A DNA stretch of 64,000 nt from an uncultured Gemmatimonadales bacterium (GTDB lineage: Bacteria; Gemmatimonadota; Gemmatimonadetes; Gemmatimonadales; Gemmatimonadaceae), in NCBI GenBank assembly GCA_963701965.1, contig OY969695.1, positions 736,001 to 800,000 of the forward strand, read 5' to 3'. Within the stretch, counting starts at the first letter, position 1. The number at the start of each line of letters is the position of its first letter. This document shows positions 31,324 to 41,636 of the stretch, piece by piece. Below the pieces are notes generated by a model that saw only the letters and a program-made list of their open reading frames with translations, had not been told where the DNA came from and searched no databases. Both the position numbers and the translations under genes were made by a program.

Positions 31324-31353
31324 ACGAAAAGCCTCAAATCGCCGGAGAAACAG

Positions 31354-31383
31354 AAAAGCGCGCAAATCATTGGATTTGCGCGC
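31354..31383 (-). terminator. Intrinsic terminator after att/tRNA fragment
   Basis: GCGCGCAAATC/GATTTGCGCGC stem followed by TTTT on minus strand. Confidence 0.7.
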
Positions 31384-31390
31384 CTTACAA

Positions 31391-31434
31391 AATAGCAGGG
31401 GCGGGACTCGAACCCGCGACCCCGGCATTATGAG
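31391..31434 (-). repeat. att core: duplicate of tRNA-Met 3' half
   Basis: 44 bp identical to 42906-42949. Confidence 0.95.
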
Positions 31435-31537
31435 AAGTGGGTATCAGGAAAAAACCCCGCGATCGAGCGAGTTAACTGGCGATTCTGCAGACGAACGCGC
31501 TTCCAAACGGTGCGAAGACACCCCTTAGCGCACCAAC

Positions 31538-31560
31538 CTGCCGTCCAATCTGCCGTCCAC
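31538..31560. repeat. Arm-type repeat of element A (left)
   Basis: CTGCCGTCCAATCTGCCGTCCAC identical to 42817-42839. Confidence 0.85.
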
Positions 31561-31718
31561 GAGATCGAGACGGCGGCCTGGCCCAAGTTCCAGCGTCCGT
31601 GGCGGACCGACGACATGAAGTGGCGATGCCAGCACCTCGGTGGACACTTCATAACCGGCCACTGATGGACAGCTGATAACCGGCCACCACGGTGAGGCGT
31701 CCGAGACTGGTGAGTGGG

Positions 31719-32486
31719 CTAGCGCAGCCCGGTCGCGTCGGTGGACAAGCTGTCACCCTGGACCTTGGTGCGCCAGCTGCGGGGGCCGCACTTGAGGATG
31801 TGGGCGTGATGGAGGAGCCGATCGAGGAGCGCGGTGACCGCCGCCGTGTCGCCGAGCAGCTTGCCCCAGTCCTCGACCGGGCGATTGGAGGTGAGCAGCG
31901 TAGACGCCCGTTCGTAGCGGCGCATGATGAGTTCCAGGAGATCCTCGGCCGCCGTGTGGGGAAGCTTGCGCATGCCGAGATCGTCGATGATGAGGAGCGG
32001 CACGGTGGCGAGGTCGGCGAGGTACGCTTTGCGCGTGCCGTCGAGCGTGGCGTCGGCGAGTTCTTCGAGCAGCGTGTGCGCTTCGCGATAGAGCACGCGG
32101 TAGCCTTGGTGGATGACGGCGCGGCCAATGGCTTGGGCCAGATGACTCTTGCCGGATCCGGGCGGCCCGGCGAACAGGGCGTCCTCCCGCTGGGCGACGA
32201 AGCGGGCGGTGGCGAGGTCGTAGACGAGGGCGCGGTTCATCTTCTTGTTGAAGTCGAAGTCGAAGGTGTCGAGCGAGCGGTCGGGATCGCGGAAGCGGGC
32301 GTGCTTGTGCCGGCGCTCGAGGAGGCGATCCTGGCGGCGGAGGAGTTCGTCGCTGACGAGGGCGGAGAGCAGGTCGATGGGCGCGAGGCGTTCGGTCTGG
32401 GCTTGGTGCAGCCGGGTCTCGAGAACCGCAGCCATGCCAGAGAGGCGGAGTTGGCGGAGCGCGTGATCGAGTTCAACGAGGTTCAT
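31719..32486 (-). CDS. istB: IS21 helper ATPase
   Basis: GPPGSGKSHLA, LLIIDDLG, LLDRLLHHA. Confidence 0.95.
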   Translation of the reverse strand: MNLVELDHALRQLRLSGMAAVLETRLHQAQTERLAPIDLLSALVSDELLRRQDRLLERRHKHARFRDPDRSLDTFDFDFNKKMNRALVYDLATARFVAQREDALFAGPPGSGKSHLAQAIGRAVIHQGYRVLYREAHTLLEELADATLDGTRKAYLADLATVPLLIIDDLGMRKLPHTAAEDLLELIMRRYERASTLLTSNRPVEDWGKLLGDTAAVTALLDRLLHHAHILKCGPRSWRTKVQGDSLSTDATGLR

Positions 32487-34024
32487 GGGGGATCTCCGAG
32501 CGTGCGATCGATGAGGTCGCGGTAGAGGGTGAGTTGCCGGATGAGGGGATCGACTTGGCGGAGCGTGAGGGGGACGGGGACGCGGTGCTCGAGGTAGCGG
32601 CGGAGGAAGCGATAGGTGGGCACGCCCAGCTCGAGGGCGGCGTGCGCGGCCGCGTCAACGACGGCCGGGCCGTAGCGCTTGGCGAGGGCGAGGACGCCGA
32701 GGATGCGGCGGACGGCGAGCACGCCGTCCTGGCGGTGGATCGTGTCGCAGAGCGTGCCAATGTGCGGGCCGGCGCGCTGGGTCCGCGCGAGCAGGGCGAC
32801 GGTCGTCAGCGGCGTCCGGGCGGGGCGGTCGGTGTCGTGCACCCGATGCCGGCCGCGGGCCGTCCGCCGATGCTCCCGGAGGAGTTGCCCCGTGTCGGGG
32901 GCGAGGAGGCGCACCCAGAGATCGTTCCACTGGACCTGCACGCGCTGGCTGATCCAGCCGGGTGGGGCGCTGTAGTAGGCCGCCTCCACTTCGACGCACC
33001 CATTGAGATGCACCGTGCGGGTGCCGTAGCGGTAGTAGCGGAAGGGTTCGAGCGGGAGCGGCCCGAGCGTGGGCTGTTCCTCGGCGAACATCGCGGCGAC
33101 CTGGCGCTTGGTCGTGCCGTGGATGCGCGTATCGGCCCAGCGCGTCTCCCACTGATCGAGATACGTCTGCGCGGCCTCCAGTGACTCGAAGCGGAGGCCC
33201 TTGAGCGGCGTCCGCTGCGTGTGGCCAACCCCCGATTCGACTTTGCCCTTGCGATCCGGATCCCGCACGCGACACGGCAAGGCCACGACGTGGTAGTGGG
33301 CCAAGACGTCGCGATAGAGTGGATTGAGCGTCGGGTCGTAGACGTCGGGCGTGAGGACGCCTTCGCGCAGGTTGTCGAGCACGATGACGCGCACCGTGCC
33401 GCCCAGCCGGCGGAAGGCGCGCTCATGCAGCTCGGCCCAGATCTGGGTGCTCGATCGCCAGACGAGGAGCCGGACCGACTTCCGCGAGTAGCCGAGCGTC
33501 AGGACGAAGAGCCGGACGCGCCGGTACTTCCCCGTGGCGGGGTCGCGCACCATCGGCCCCTCGCCGTAATCGACCTGCGCCTCGTCGCCCGGGGCGGTCG
33601 TGATCACCACGCGCGCCTCGACGGCCGCCGGATCGTGGAGCGTCCGGATGAACCGGCGGACACTCGCGTAGCGGGCCGCGAAGCCGTGCGTGTCGACCAG
33701 GTCTTGCCAGATCGCCATGGCGTTGCGGCCCTGCGCCACCCCGGCCACGATCTGCTCGCGGTACGGCTCGCACGCACTCGCCCGCCGCGACGCGGTCGGC
33801 GCCGTCGAGTCGGTGGACACCACCGGTGTGGTGGCCGGATTTGCCGGCGGCCACGCGCGCGGCCGGCCGCCGCGCCCCCGCACCGGAATGCCCGCCGCCT
33901 TGAGATACGCGCTCGCCGTCTCCCGGCGCACGCCGGTCGCCTGTTCGATCCGCCGGAGCGACCACCCGAGTCGCCCCAACGCCACGATCTGCTGTTGGAT
34001 GTCAGCCTTCAAGACGTTGCTCAT
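32483..34024 (-). CDS. istA: IS21 transposase
   Basis: AQVDY, VLDN, KGKVE, RIHGTT. Confidence 0.95.
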   Translation of the reverse strand: MSNVLKADIQQQIVALGRLGWSLRRIEQATGVRRETASAYLKAAGIPVRGRGGRPRAWPPANPATTPVVSTDSTAPTASRRASACEPYREQIVAGVAQGRNAMAIWQDLVDTHGFAARYASVRRFIRTLHDPAAVEARVVITTAPGDEAQVDYGEGPMVRDPATGKYRRVRLFVLTLGYSRKSVRLLVWRSSTQIWAELHERAFRRLGGTVRVIVLDNLREGVLTPDVYDPTLNPLYRDVLAHYHVVALPCRVRDPDRKGKVESGVGHTQRTPLKGLRFESLEAAQTYLDQWETRWADTRIHGTTKRQVAAMFAEEQPTLGPLPLEPFRYYRYGTRTVHLNGCVEVEAAYYSAPPGWISQRVQVQWNDLWVRLLAPDTGQLLREHRRTARGRHRVHDTDRPARTPLTTVALLARTQRAGPHIGTLCDTIHRQDGVLAVRRILGVLALAKRYGPAVVDAAAHAALELGVPTYRFLRRYLEHRVPVPLTLRQVDPLIRQLTLYRDLIDRTLGDPP

Positions 34025-34421
34025 GCCGGCGGAGGGACAATGCCCGCCGCCTCGGCGTCAACGCCTCGGACGTCCCCCCGGCTGGTGGCCGGTTTTCAGC
34101 CGTCGATCAGTGGCCGGTTTTGACTGTCCACCGAGGGCCAGCACCCGTCGCGATTGCCGAGGGTATGCCTTGACCCACTGGCCGGACGAGGCGCGCCGGA
34201 TGAAGACTGATGCCAATGCGCTCGAGGTGTCCGCTTTACACTGAACCTGTAGAGGCGGCCTCCAGGGCGCCCGCTCCTCATGCATGGCGGGCGTCAACGT
34301 TGAGGACCACGGACGGGATCAGGATTCACGTGTGAATTGTTTTTACGAGGCGGGCCAATGCAATCGGCCGCTACAAGGTCAACGACCCGGACATCGGCGG
34401 TCGCCAGAGCGTTGCTGACGC

Positions 34422-34862
34422 TCATCGCTGCGGCCAGACCGTGATCACGCCGTCACTCCCCGACATCTCGGCGCTGGGCCCACGGAACGCCAGGTTACTC
34501 TCCGTTTCGATCTTCTGACCACGTCCGGCGCCGCCGATGATGGTGCCGACGAGATGGGTCCTGCCCGATACTATGTCGCCGGTTCCGCTCAGCCTCGCCT
34601 CGAACGAGTTGGACGCCGGCGTGGCGCTGACGACCCAATGGCTATCGATGAACGCGACGCTCGGCTTAGGACCCGGCCTCTCCTGGAAGCGCACCGCCAC
34701 GGTCGCGCGCCCGGTGACCGCGCCGTTGACGGGCCCAGTCCAGGCATATGCTCCGGACGTATCGCGGCCGGTGAGGGTGAGGTGATACGCGCTGCGCTGC
34801 GCCGCGCCATGGCACGCCAGGGCAAAGGCCAGAAAGGCGGCGAAGGGAATGTTCGTGTGCAT
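34422..34862 (-). CDS. Small exported hypothetical protein
   Basis: GGAGG RBS, signal or lipobox (ALAC), beta-rich body. Confidence 0.6.
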   Translation of the reverse strand: MHTNIPFAAFLAFALACHGAAQRSAYHLTLTGRDTSGAYAWTGPVNGAVTGRATVAVRFQERPGPKPSVAFIDSHWVVSATPASNSFEARLSGTGDIVSGRTHLVGTIIGGAGRGQKIETESNLAFRGPSAEMSGSDGVITVWPQR

Positions 34863-34903
34863 GGCGCCTCCGTTCGGCTGACAGTCGGTCTTGACGAGCA
34901 CGA

Positions 34904-34958
34904 CGGACGGGCGGAATTCGAACCCGCGTGAGCCTTTCGACCCCACACCCTTTCCAGC
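34904..34958 (-). pseudogene. 3' fragment of tRNA-Ser(GGA)-like gene
   Basis: CTGGAAA loop, long variable arm with GAAA, GCGGGTTCGAATTCCGC T-arm; 5' half missing. Confidence 0.6.
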
Positions 34959-35404
34959 CGAACCCCTCCCTGCCCTGATCCGGAGAATATATCGCTTTTC
35001 CCTCTGACAGCCGTGCGATCCGCCGGATTTGCATCGCGAATGTCGGACGAGATCGGGATCGAACATCCACCCGCGTAATTCACACGTGCAATTTGCGTGT
35101 GGGTCACGCGGTTTCGATGCTCCGAGGGCGAGTATAGTGATTGTGACACCACAGGCAGCCTGTCAAGCAGGCGTGTCCATAGCGCCCCGCGCTCACACTG
35201 GCCGCTCCTCTAAGAATGTTGACGGTGCCGCGACATGATATGCCACGCGCACGGCTGAGCAACCGCGAGCGCGCCTTCAGAATCCGACCTATAATTACTC
35301 CTCATGGCGCGCTGGCACGTCAGTCGGCTCGACCATCTCCGCTATATCGCCAAGGCTGCCTACCTGCCTATCTCGAGATACAGGAAGTCGAGACGCGCGA
35401 CCGG

Positions 35405-35633
35405 CGATCCAGTCGCCGCCGCGCAACGCGCGACGTGGTTCCACGACCACTCCGACGGCCACCGCCGTCCGATCCTCGTCGCCGAAGAGACGCCAGGCAA
35501 GATTGCCGGCTACACGGCCACCGGCCGCTTTCGGGCAAAGCAGGCCTACGTTCCCACGGTGGAAGTCACCATCCAGTATCGCCCGGACGCGACTCACCGC
35601 GGCATCGGGACGGCTTTATGGATCAGTCGCTAG
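35405..35633 (+). pseudogene. Internal fragment of GNAT paralogous to 20491-21024
   Basis: WFHDHSDG..ILVAE..GYTATGRFRAKQAY..VEVTIQ..RGIGTAL. Confidence 0.85.
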
Positions 35634-35930
35634 CCAAGCCACTTGCTCACCTTAGGATCCGGCGCCCGAGCGTGACCAGCACTCTGCCAAAGAATGTCCA
35701 GCACACCTTGGAAGAGCGAGACGTTGTCTCCGAGGGGGTCTTCAACGATGACCGGGTCAATGTCAAGCACGTCTCGATCGATCGTACCGATGTTGTCGTC
35801 GAATGCATTCCGGGCCCCGCCTAGCACTCGCAATCCTGCCATCTTGTGCAACCGGACCGCGAGCACGAACGGGGGATCGACTCCGATGGTGTTCACTAGG
35901 AGCTTGAGGATGTCAGGCACCGAAGTAGCT
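35630..35930 (-). pseudogene. C-terminal fragment resembling Schlafen/AlbA_2-associated proteins
   Basis: IGVDPPFVLAVRL..IDRDVLDIDPVIV..LDILWQSAG; no clear N-terminus. Confidence 0.35.
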
Positions 35931-36096
35931 GCCTCCCCTCCCTGCGGTGTTGGCGACCCGTATGCCGGGTAGCGCGTAGATCGCGTCCGCGGCGGTCGCC
36001 CGCCATTCGCTGCCGACCCCAGTCTTGCCCGGCCGGTTCGTTGCCGAATTGCGCTAGAGGCTCGGCCAAGTGCGTTGATTGAGGGATCTCCCAGAC

Positions 36097-36663
36097 TCAG
36101 ACGGTGCGCGACCCGCTTTGGCCGCGCTTGAGCCACAGCGCCCAAAGGTCGCGATCGGTCGGAGTCAAATCGGTTGGCGTTCCAGCACGCACCTCTTCAA
36201 TGTAGGCGGGATCGAACAGCTCAGGAAAACTGAACACAAACCAGGCCCTAAACGCAAACCGCTCAGGCGTGTCCTCTACGGCAATCCGACCGGCGAGTTC
36301 GACTGCTTCGTACACAAACAGTACTGTTCCCTCCTCCACGTAGTCGAGCGTCGCGTCACAGTCCTTGTCCGCGTGCTTGAGGAAGTTCTGCGTGCGTCTG
36401 AATGCTCGAGTCAACTCGTCGATTCGCTCCGCTTGCAAGAATTCGTCACTGCGAAACCTACTGACAATGCCCGCACCCCGACCTAAGTCTTCGAAAAGCT
36501 GAAACGCCGCGGCGGTTAAGGTGTGTACCGCGAGCATATCGCCGCGCTCGAAGAACAATCGAATCCCTTGATTCAATTGCCTCGACGCTGCGTCGGGCTT
36601 AGTCACTTTCGCGCTTTTTGACTCCATAACTCCAGGCAGAAGACTGGCCTTGCTTTCAGTCAC
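36097..36663 (-). CDS. Hypothetical protein, possibly HEPN-like
   Basis: KPDAASRQL..IRLFF..AVHTLTAAA..QNFLKHADKD. Confidence 0.6.
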   Translation of the reverse strand: MTESKASLLPGVMESKSAKVTKPDAASRQLNQGIRLFFERGDMLAVHTLTAAAFQLFEDLGRGAGIVSRFRSDEFLQAERIDELTRAFRRTQNFLKHADKDCDATLDYVEEGTVLFVYEAVELAGRIAVEDTPERFAFRAWFVFSFPELFDPAYIEEVRAGTPTDLTPTDRDLWALWLKRGQSGSRTV

Positions 36664-37331
36664 CGCTGACAGGTTCGTCAGGGGTTGCGAGTTCGAACCG
36701 GAATCCTCGCTGTCTCAAACGTGATAGCGTGACATCGTCGAGCGTCTCCACGAGCTCGGCAGCCAGCCAGTAGAGCGCTTGTCGAACACGGTCAAACCGA
36801 ATGGCCATCGCATGCAGATCGTGTATACTGCCGAAGAGGAATGCGAAATGTGATGAGGTCTGACAGCTCGTTGTTGACGTCCAGTCGCCGAGGTCCAAAA
36901 CCTGTCGCGAATGAGAACGACTCCGCCGGCAAAGTCGGCAACACGCGACTGGCAATGGTCGGATCGACATGAAATGCCGCCCGGTTCCGAATCGCCCGCA
37001 GCGGCTCGGCGATCGCAGGATCGTTCATCGCCGCATCCAGAACGGCCTTCGCGGCTGCGTACGACGTTTGACCGGCCTCACTTTTGGTTTTATCGAGGAA
37101 TTCGAGCGCCTCGTGCAGAACGCCGGCTACGTATAGGAAAGCGTTCATACGTTGTCTGTCGGCGCGGGGCGTCGGCTCCTTTCCCTGGTCATTCATGGCC
37201 GCCATTCCGAACTTGAGCGCGTTCGTGATGCGCGAGATCGCGACCAAGAACGTGAACTCCCTATCGTTGCGCAGTTCGGCGAACGCGTCGGCGCTACACG
37301 CAAACTTCCAATGTCCGTCAGGTGGCCTCAT
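36656..37331 (-). CDS. HEPN-domain-like protein (frameshift near 36840)
   Basis: Helical protein with IRNRAAFH motif; C-part continues in the 36656-36970 frame. Confidence 0.55.
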
Positions 37332-37647
37332 TGTCGTCTTGCTAGGGTTGTTTTCGACACGAAGCTGCAACGTGGGGAATCGCAGCACTGTCCGTATCTC
37401 GCACTTGAGCTCGCTTCCAGAGCTGCCAGGGTCTGGTCTGATCTCCAGCCTGCGATTGTCATCGGGTTGACGCAACTCGCCGGCGCTTAGCACGGAGAGG
37501 GAAGTGAGGTCTTCTGGACCCATCGCATACGGTGCTTCCCATCGGCCCGACTTGTCCACACTTCGGAATCCGGACCGTGGGTTGGCAATTCCAGCGAAAT
37601 GAGCAACAGGTCACCGGAATCGTCCACGGTAGCCGGCGTCGCGGGTT

Positions 37648-37932
37648 TCATGACGACGGCTTGTGCAATTCATGAACGCCAAGCCACCATTTGAATTCAG
37701 CAGGATCGATCCAGCCATAGGAGCGATCCTCGGCATTGGGTGACTGAGAGGTCCATTCGGCCTTCTCGTGGACGGCGCCGTAGTGATCGACTTCTTCGAC
37801 GCTGAACTCGACACACGCGTTGTCGTCGATGAATCGACTCGAATACGCGCGCTGGAATGCAACGAACGACAGGTCGCCCGCTAAGTAGCGTTCGATCAAC
37901 GCGTCAAGATCTCGCTTGGCACTCGCCGGCAT
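37648..37932 (-). CDS. Colicin-D-immunity-like small protein
   Basis: LIERYLAGDLSFVAFQRAY.., acidic, 94 aa. Confidence 0.5.
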   Translation of the reverse strand: MPASAKRDLDALIERYLAGDLSFVAFQRAYSSRFIDDNACVEFSVEEVDHYGAVHEKAEWTSQSPNAEDRSYGWIDPAEFKWWLGVHELHKPSS

Positions 37933-38169
37933 GAGCTCTTCATCCGTGTCTGTAAGCTGGGCATTCGCGATCGCGTGAGTCGTCGCGGAAGTCATGACCA
38001 TAAGTATCGACTAAGAGTACGAGCGATGACATCTGCGACGGTACCACGCGCCATACGGGTCAATTCATGCTCCCAGAAATGCGACTCGCTGGCGGGAGAA
38101 CCGCGCACCAAACCCGGATCGCACGGCGCATGGCCGCTTGTGTTGGAGGTAAATGGCGCCGTGTCTAAA

Positions 38170-38586
38170 TCAGCGATTGAGCCAGCGGCCAACGCCGCTG
38201 TGGTGAGAGCAGGTACCGGAGGTGTGACCGCTGAACAAGACGGACCCGTCCCCACACAATGCGCTACCCCCACCCGCTAAGTGCATGCAGTAGTCCGTCA
38301 CAAGAAACAGCGAGAGAAACAACCACCAGAAGGTCACTACCAGACGACCCTCGCTTGTGGACGGGCGCAGCTGCTTGACACCGAACGTCGCGCTTGCCGC
38401 AACACAGACCAGGAACACAATAACAAGCAGCGCCACGTTGCCAGTAATGGCGCCGTACACTGCCCCGACCGCCAACCAGCCTGAGAGGAAGGCGGCAATG
38501 GTGTTAACGGTTCTCGAGAGTCGCGAAAATAGGCGACCTACCCCGAGAGCGACGCCCCGGAAGGCGAGAACATAAACGATAGCCAT
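38170..38586 (-). CDS. Small multi-pass membrane protein
   Basis: About four hydrophobic segments. Confidence 0.45.
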   Translation of the reverse strand: MAIVYVLAFRGVALGVGRLFSRLSRTVNTIAAFLSGWLAVGAVYGAITGNVALLVIVFLVCVAASATFGVKQLRPSTSEGRLVVTFWWLFLSLFLVTDYCMHLAGGGSALCGDGSVLFSGHTSGTCSHHSGVGRWLNR

Positions 38587-38688
38587 AGCACCCTACGGAC
38601 TGCCGCAAATAGTGCGCTGTAACTAGCCTCCTTGGTTACAGCTCCTGCCTCAGTCTCGGCGTGATGCTCTGTCGTGGTAGGCCTAACC

Positions 38689-38743
38689 TGGAATTGACCC
38701 GGTAAAGTGGACACCCAAGTAACCCTGCGTATGTTCGGGGAGG
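38689..38743 (+). mobile_element. Left-end stub of a third IS3-family element
   Basis: TGGAATTGACCCGG..GTGGACACC IR-like sequence followed by GGAGG. Confidence 0.45.
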
Positions 38744-41207
38744 TGACGTTCCCCCCGAGATGAGGTCCGCGTATTCTGACACAAGCCGCTGGACGGCCTG
38801 GGTCCCCCAAGTGAGTCCGAGCTAGCGCGTCAGTTTGTCAGCGCGGGGTTCGAGGGTGGTGACTGCCAGCGCTCCAATATCGCGCTGGGGGATTCAACCC
38901 CAAACTGGTATGGGGTCGGTGGTTGTTGTAGTCCTCGCGCCAGGCTTCCAGCTCGATCCGGGCTTCCGCGAGGGATGCGAACCAATGACGCGTGAGACAC
39001 TCACGCCGCAGGCTCCCGTTGAACGCCTCGCAGACGCTGTTGTCCACCGGCTTGCCCGGCCGACTGAAGTCGAGTTGCACGCGGTTCCAGTACGCCCAGT
39101 GATCGAGCGCGGTCGACGTGAACTCGGTCCCGTTGTCGCACTGGATGACCGGGGGCAGGGTGCCGCGTCGCTCCCCCGCCTCGGTCAGCAGCCGCGCGAC
39201 ATCGGTCCCGCGGAACCGTCCGGCGACGGCCAGCGCGACGCACTCGCGCGTGCACACGTCCACGAGCGTGAACACCCGGACCGTCTGGCCGGTCGCCAAG
39301 ACGTCGTGCATGAAGTCCATCGCCCAGCGTTCGTTCGCCCGCGTGACGACAGCCCGGGGCTGGCGCACCGTGGCCGCACGGCGTCGGCGGCGCCGCGGCT
39401 TGAGCTGGAGCCGTTCCTCGAGGTACAGACGGCGCGTCTTCTTGTGATTGATCGGCAGCCCGTCGCGGCGCAGCATGACGTGCAATCGCTTCACTCCAAA
39501 GCTCGGCCGCGCCAGTGCCAGCTCGTGCAGCCGCCGGCGCACGGGCGCGTCATCCGGCTTCACCGACGTGTAGCGCACCAGTGCGCGATGGACGACCAAC
39601 GCGTGACACGCCCGCCGTTCGCTGACCTGGTAGGCCGACTGCGCCCAGCCGACCGCCTCGCGCCTGTGGGCTGGGCTCACCATTTTTTTCCCAGGGCGTC
39701 CCGGAGGATCGTCTTGTCCAGCGTGAGATCGGCGACCACCTGCTTCAATCGCCGGTTCTCTTCGCGCAGCTGCTTCAGCTCCCGGAGCTCGCTCACGTCC
39801 AGCCCCGCGTACTGCTTCTTCCAGCGATAGAACGTCGTCTCGGTCACGCCCAGCTTCCGGCAGATCTCGCCCACGACGGTCCCGGCTTCTGCCTGCCGCA
39901 GCGCCTGCAGAATCTGCTCCGGGGTGAACTTACTCTTCCGCATTCCTGGCCTCCTCCCGTTCGGGGAGTCTGGCCTCGAATCCCTACGCTGTCAAAACGG
40001 GACCGCCGCCGGACTCAGAATCCGGGACCCAGGCCGGACGGCGGCCTGGAGGTTCAGATGCGACGGAGTCGCTTTAGCGAGGAGCAGATTGTCGGGATCC
40101 TGAAGGAAGCGGAGGCCGGCGCGAAACTGGCCGAGCTGCTGCGGCGGCACGGGGTGTCGCGCGAGACGTACTATCGGTGGCGGAAGAAGTACCACGGGAT
40201 GGAGGTCGCGGACGCGCAGCGGCTCAAGGCGCTCGAGGAAGAGAACCGGCGGCTCAAGCGCCTGGTGGCGGATCAGGCGCTCAACATCCAAGTGCTCAAG
40301 GACGTGGTGGGAAAAAAGTGGTGACCGCGGCACAACGGCGGACCGTGGTCACGTACGTGCGCGCGACCGCCGGCCTTCAGGAGCGTCGGGCCTGTCGCTA
40401 CCTGCACATCCATCGCGCGCTCGTGCGCTATCGCGCTCGCCGGCCGTCCGACACCGCCCTGCGCGCGGCGCTGGAAGGGTTGGCCGAGGCGCACCCGCAA
40501 TGGGGCTGTCCGCGGTTGGCCTGGCGGTTACGCCGCGAGGGGTGGCGGGACAACTACAAGCGCATCGAGCGGGTGTATCGGGCAGCGGGGCTGGCGGTCC
40601 GACGGCGGAAGCGGAAGCGCATCGCGACGCGCCGCGTACCGATGCCCGCCCCGGCCACGGCGAACGACCGGTGGAGCATGGACTTCGTGCGAGATACGCT
40701 GGGGAGCGCGGGCCGCGCCTTCCGCGCGTTCACGCTCGTGGACGATTTCACCCGCGAGTGTCCGGCGATCGAGGTCGATCACGCGCTCCCGGCGACCCGG
40801 GTGCTCGCGGTGCTGGAGCGCGTGGCGGTCACGCGGGGACTCCCGCGGGTGATCGTGCTGGATAACGGCCCGGAGTTTCGGAGTCGGGCGTTGGACGAGT
40901 GGGCCCACGCGCGCGGCGTGGCGCTCCAGTTCATCGATCCCGGGAAGCCGGTGCAGAACGCGTACATCGAGTCGTTCAACGGGCGGTTGCGCAATGAGTG
41001 CCTGAACCAGCACTGGTTCCTGACGCTCGCCAATGCGCGCGCGACCATCGAGACGTACCGCCGGAGCTACAACGAGGCTCGGCCCCACGGCGCGCTCGCG
41101 GGGCGCACCCCAGCGGAGTATGCTGCAGAGATGGAGCGAGCGAGCTTGACCCCCATCACCCTTTCCCTGTTGTCAGCATAAACGGGCTCACACCGGGGGG
41201 AACGTCA
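38744..41207 (+). mobile_element. IS3-family (IS407-like) element carrying a nested IS
   Basis: IR TGACGTTCCCCCCG at both ends; orfA 40058-40324, orfB to 41181 (WSMDF, DNG, IESFN); no flanking DR. Confidence 0.9.
38799..40031 (-). mobile_element. IS3-family (IS407-like) element, 1233 bp, nested
   Basis: IR TGGGTCCC..TGAGTCC, DR GGCC; orfA 39677-39943, orfB 38838-39683. Confidence 0.92.
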
Positions 41208-41300
41208 CGTACAAGTTCGCTCGGGCGGACTTGTCGATGATCGACCCGTGAGCCGTGTCATCAGCAATGCCCATCTCTGACACAAGCCCCGACAGCTGCG

Positions 41301-41579
41301 TTGTGCGTGACTGACGACGGACTGACGCGACACACTATATTGAAGGCCGCCGGTTCTCCGCGCGCAGGGGGACAGACCGCAGGGCAGCAGGAACCGGTCT
41401 ACTTCACACAACGCGAAGCCGCGCAGTACGTGCGCGTGTCGGTCGCCTACCTCCGAGCTAGCGATTGTCCAAAGGTCCTGTTGCCCTCGGGACGCGGGCG
41501 CCGCCCGCTCGTTCGCTACCTCAAGAGTGATCTCAATGCCTGGATGCAGACCTGGAGAGTGACTCGCCGTGCTTCGTAG
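41301..41579 (+). CDS. Excisionase-like HTH protein (element A; start uncertain)
   Basis: FTQREAAQYVRVSVAYLRASDCPKVLLP..PLVRY. Confidence 0.75.
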   Translation: MCVTDDGLTRHTILKAAGSPRAGGQTAGQQEPVYFTQREAAQYVRVSVAYLRASDCPKVLLPSGRGRRPLVRYLKSDLNAWMQTWRVTRRAS

Positions 41580-41636
41580 CTCGTCCCGACCGACTACACG
41601 ACCCTCCTTCGACCGTGCTCTCGAGGCAGCTCACTG

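Larger units (their letters stand above)
31635..34136 (-). mobile_element. IS21-family element, 2502 bp
   Basis: IR CCTCGGTGGACA, subterminal AACCGGCCAC repeats, 7-bp DR GCCAGCA, istA/istB. Confidence 0.92.

Noticed and set aside
35000..35050. c-di-GMP riboswitch-like GCAAA hairpin
   Set aside because: Lacks the paired GEMM architecture.
38681..38687. GTTAGGC (minus) as integron attC core
   Set aside because: No matching inverse core or repeated attC found, and no IntI.
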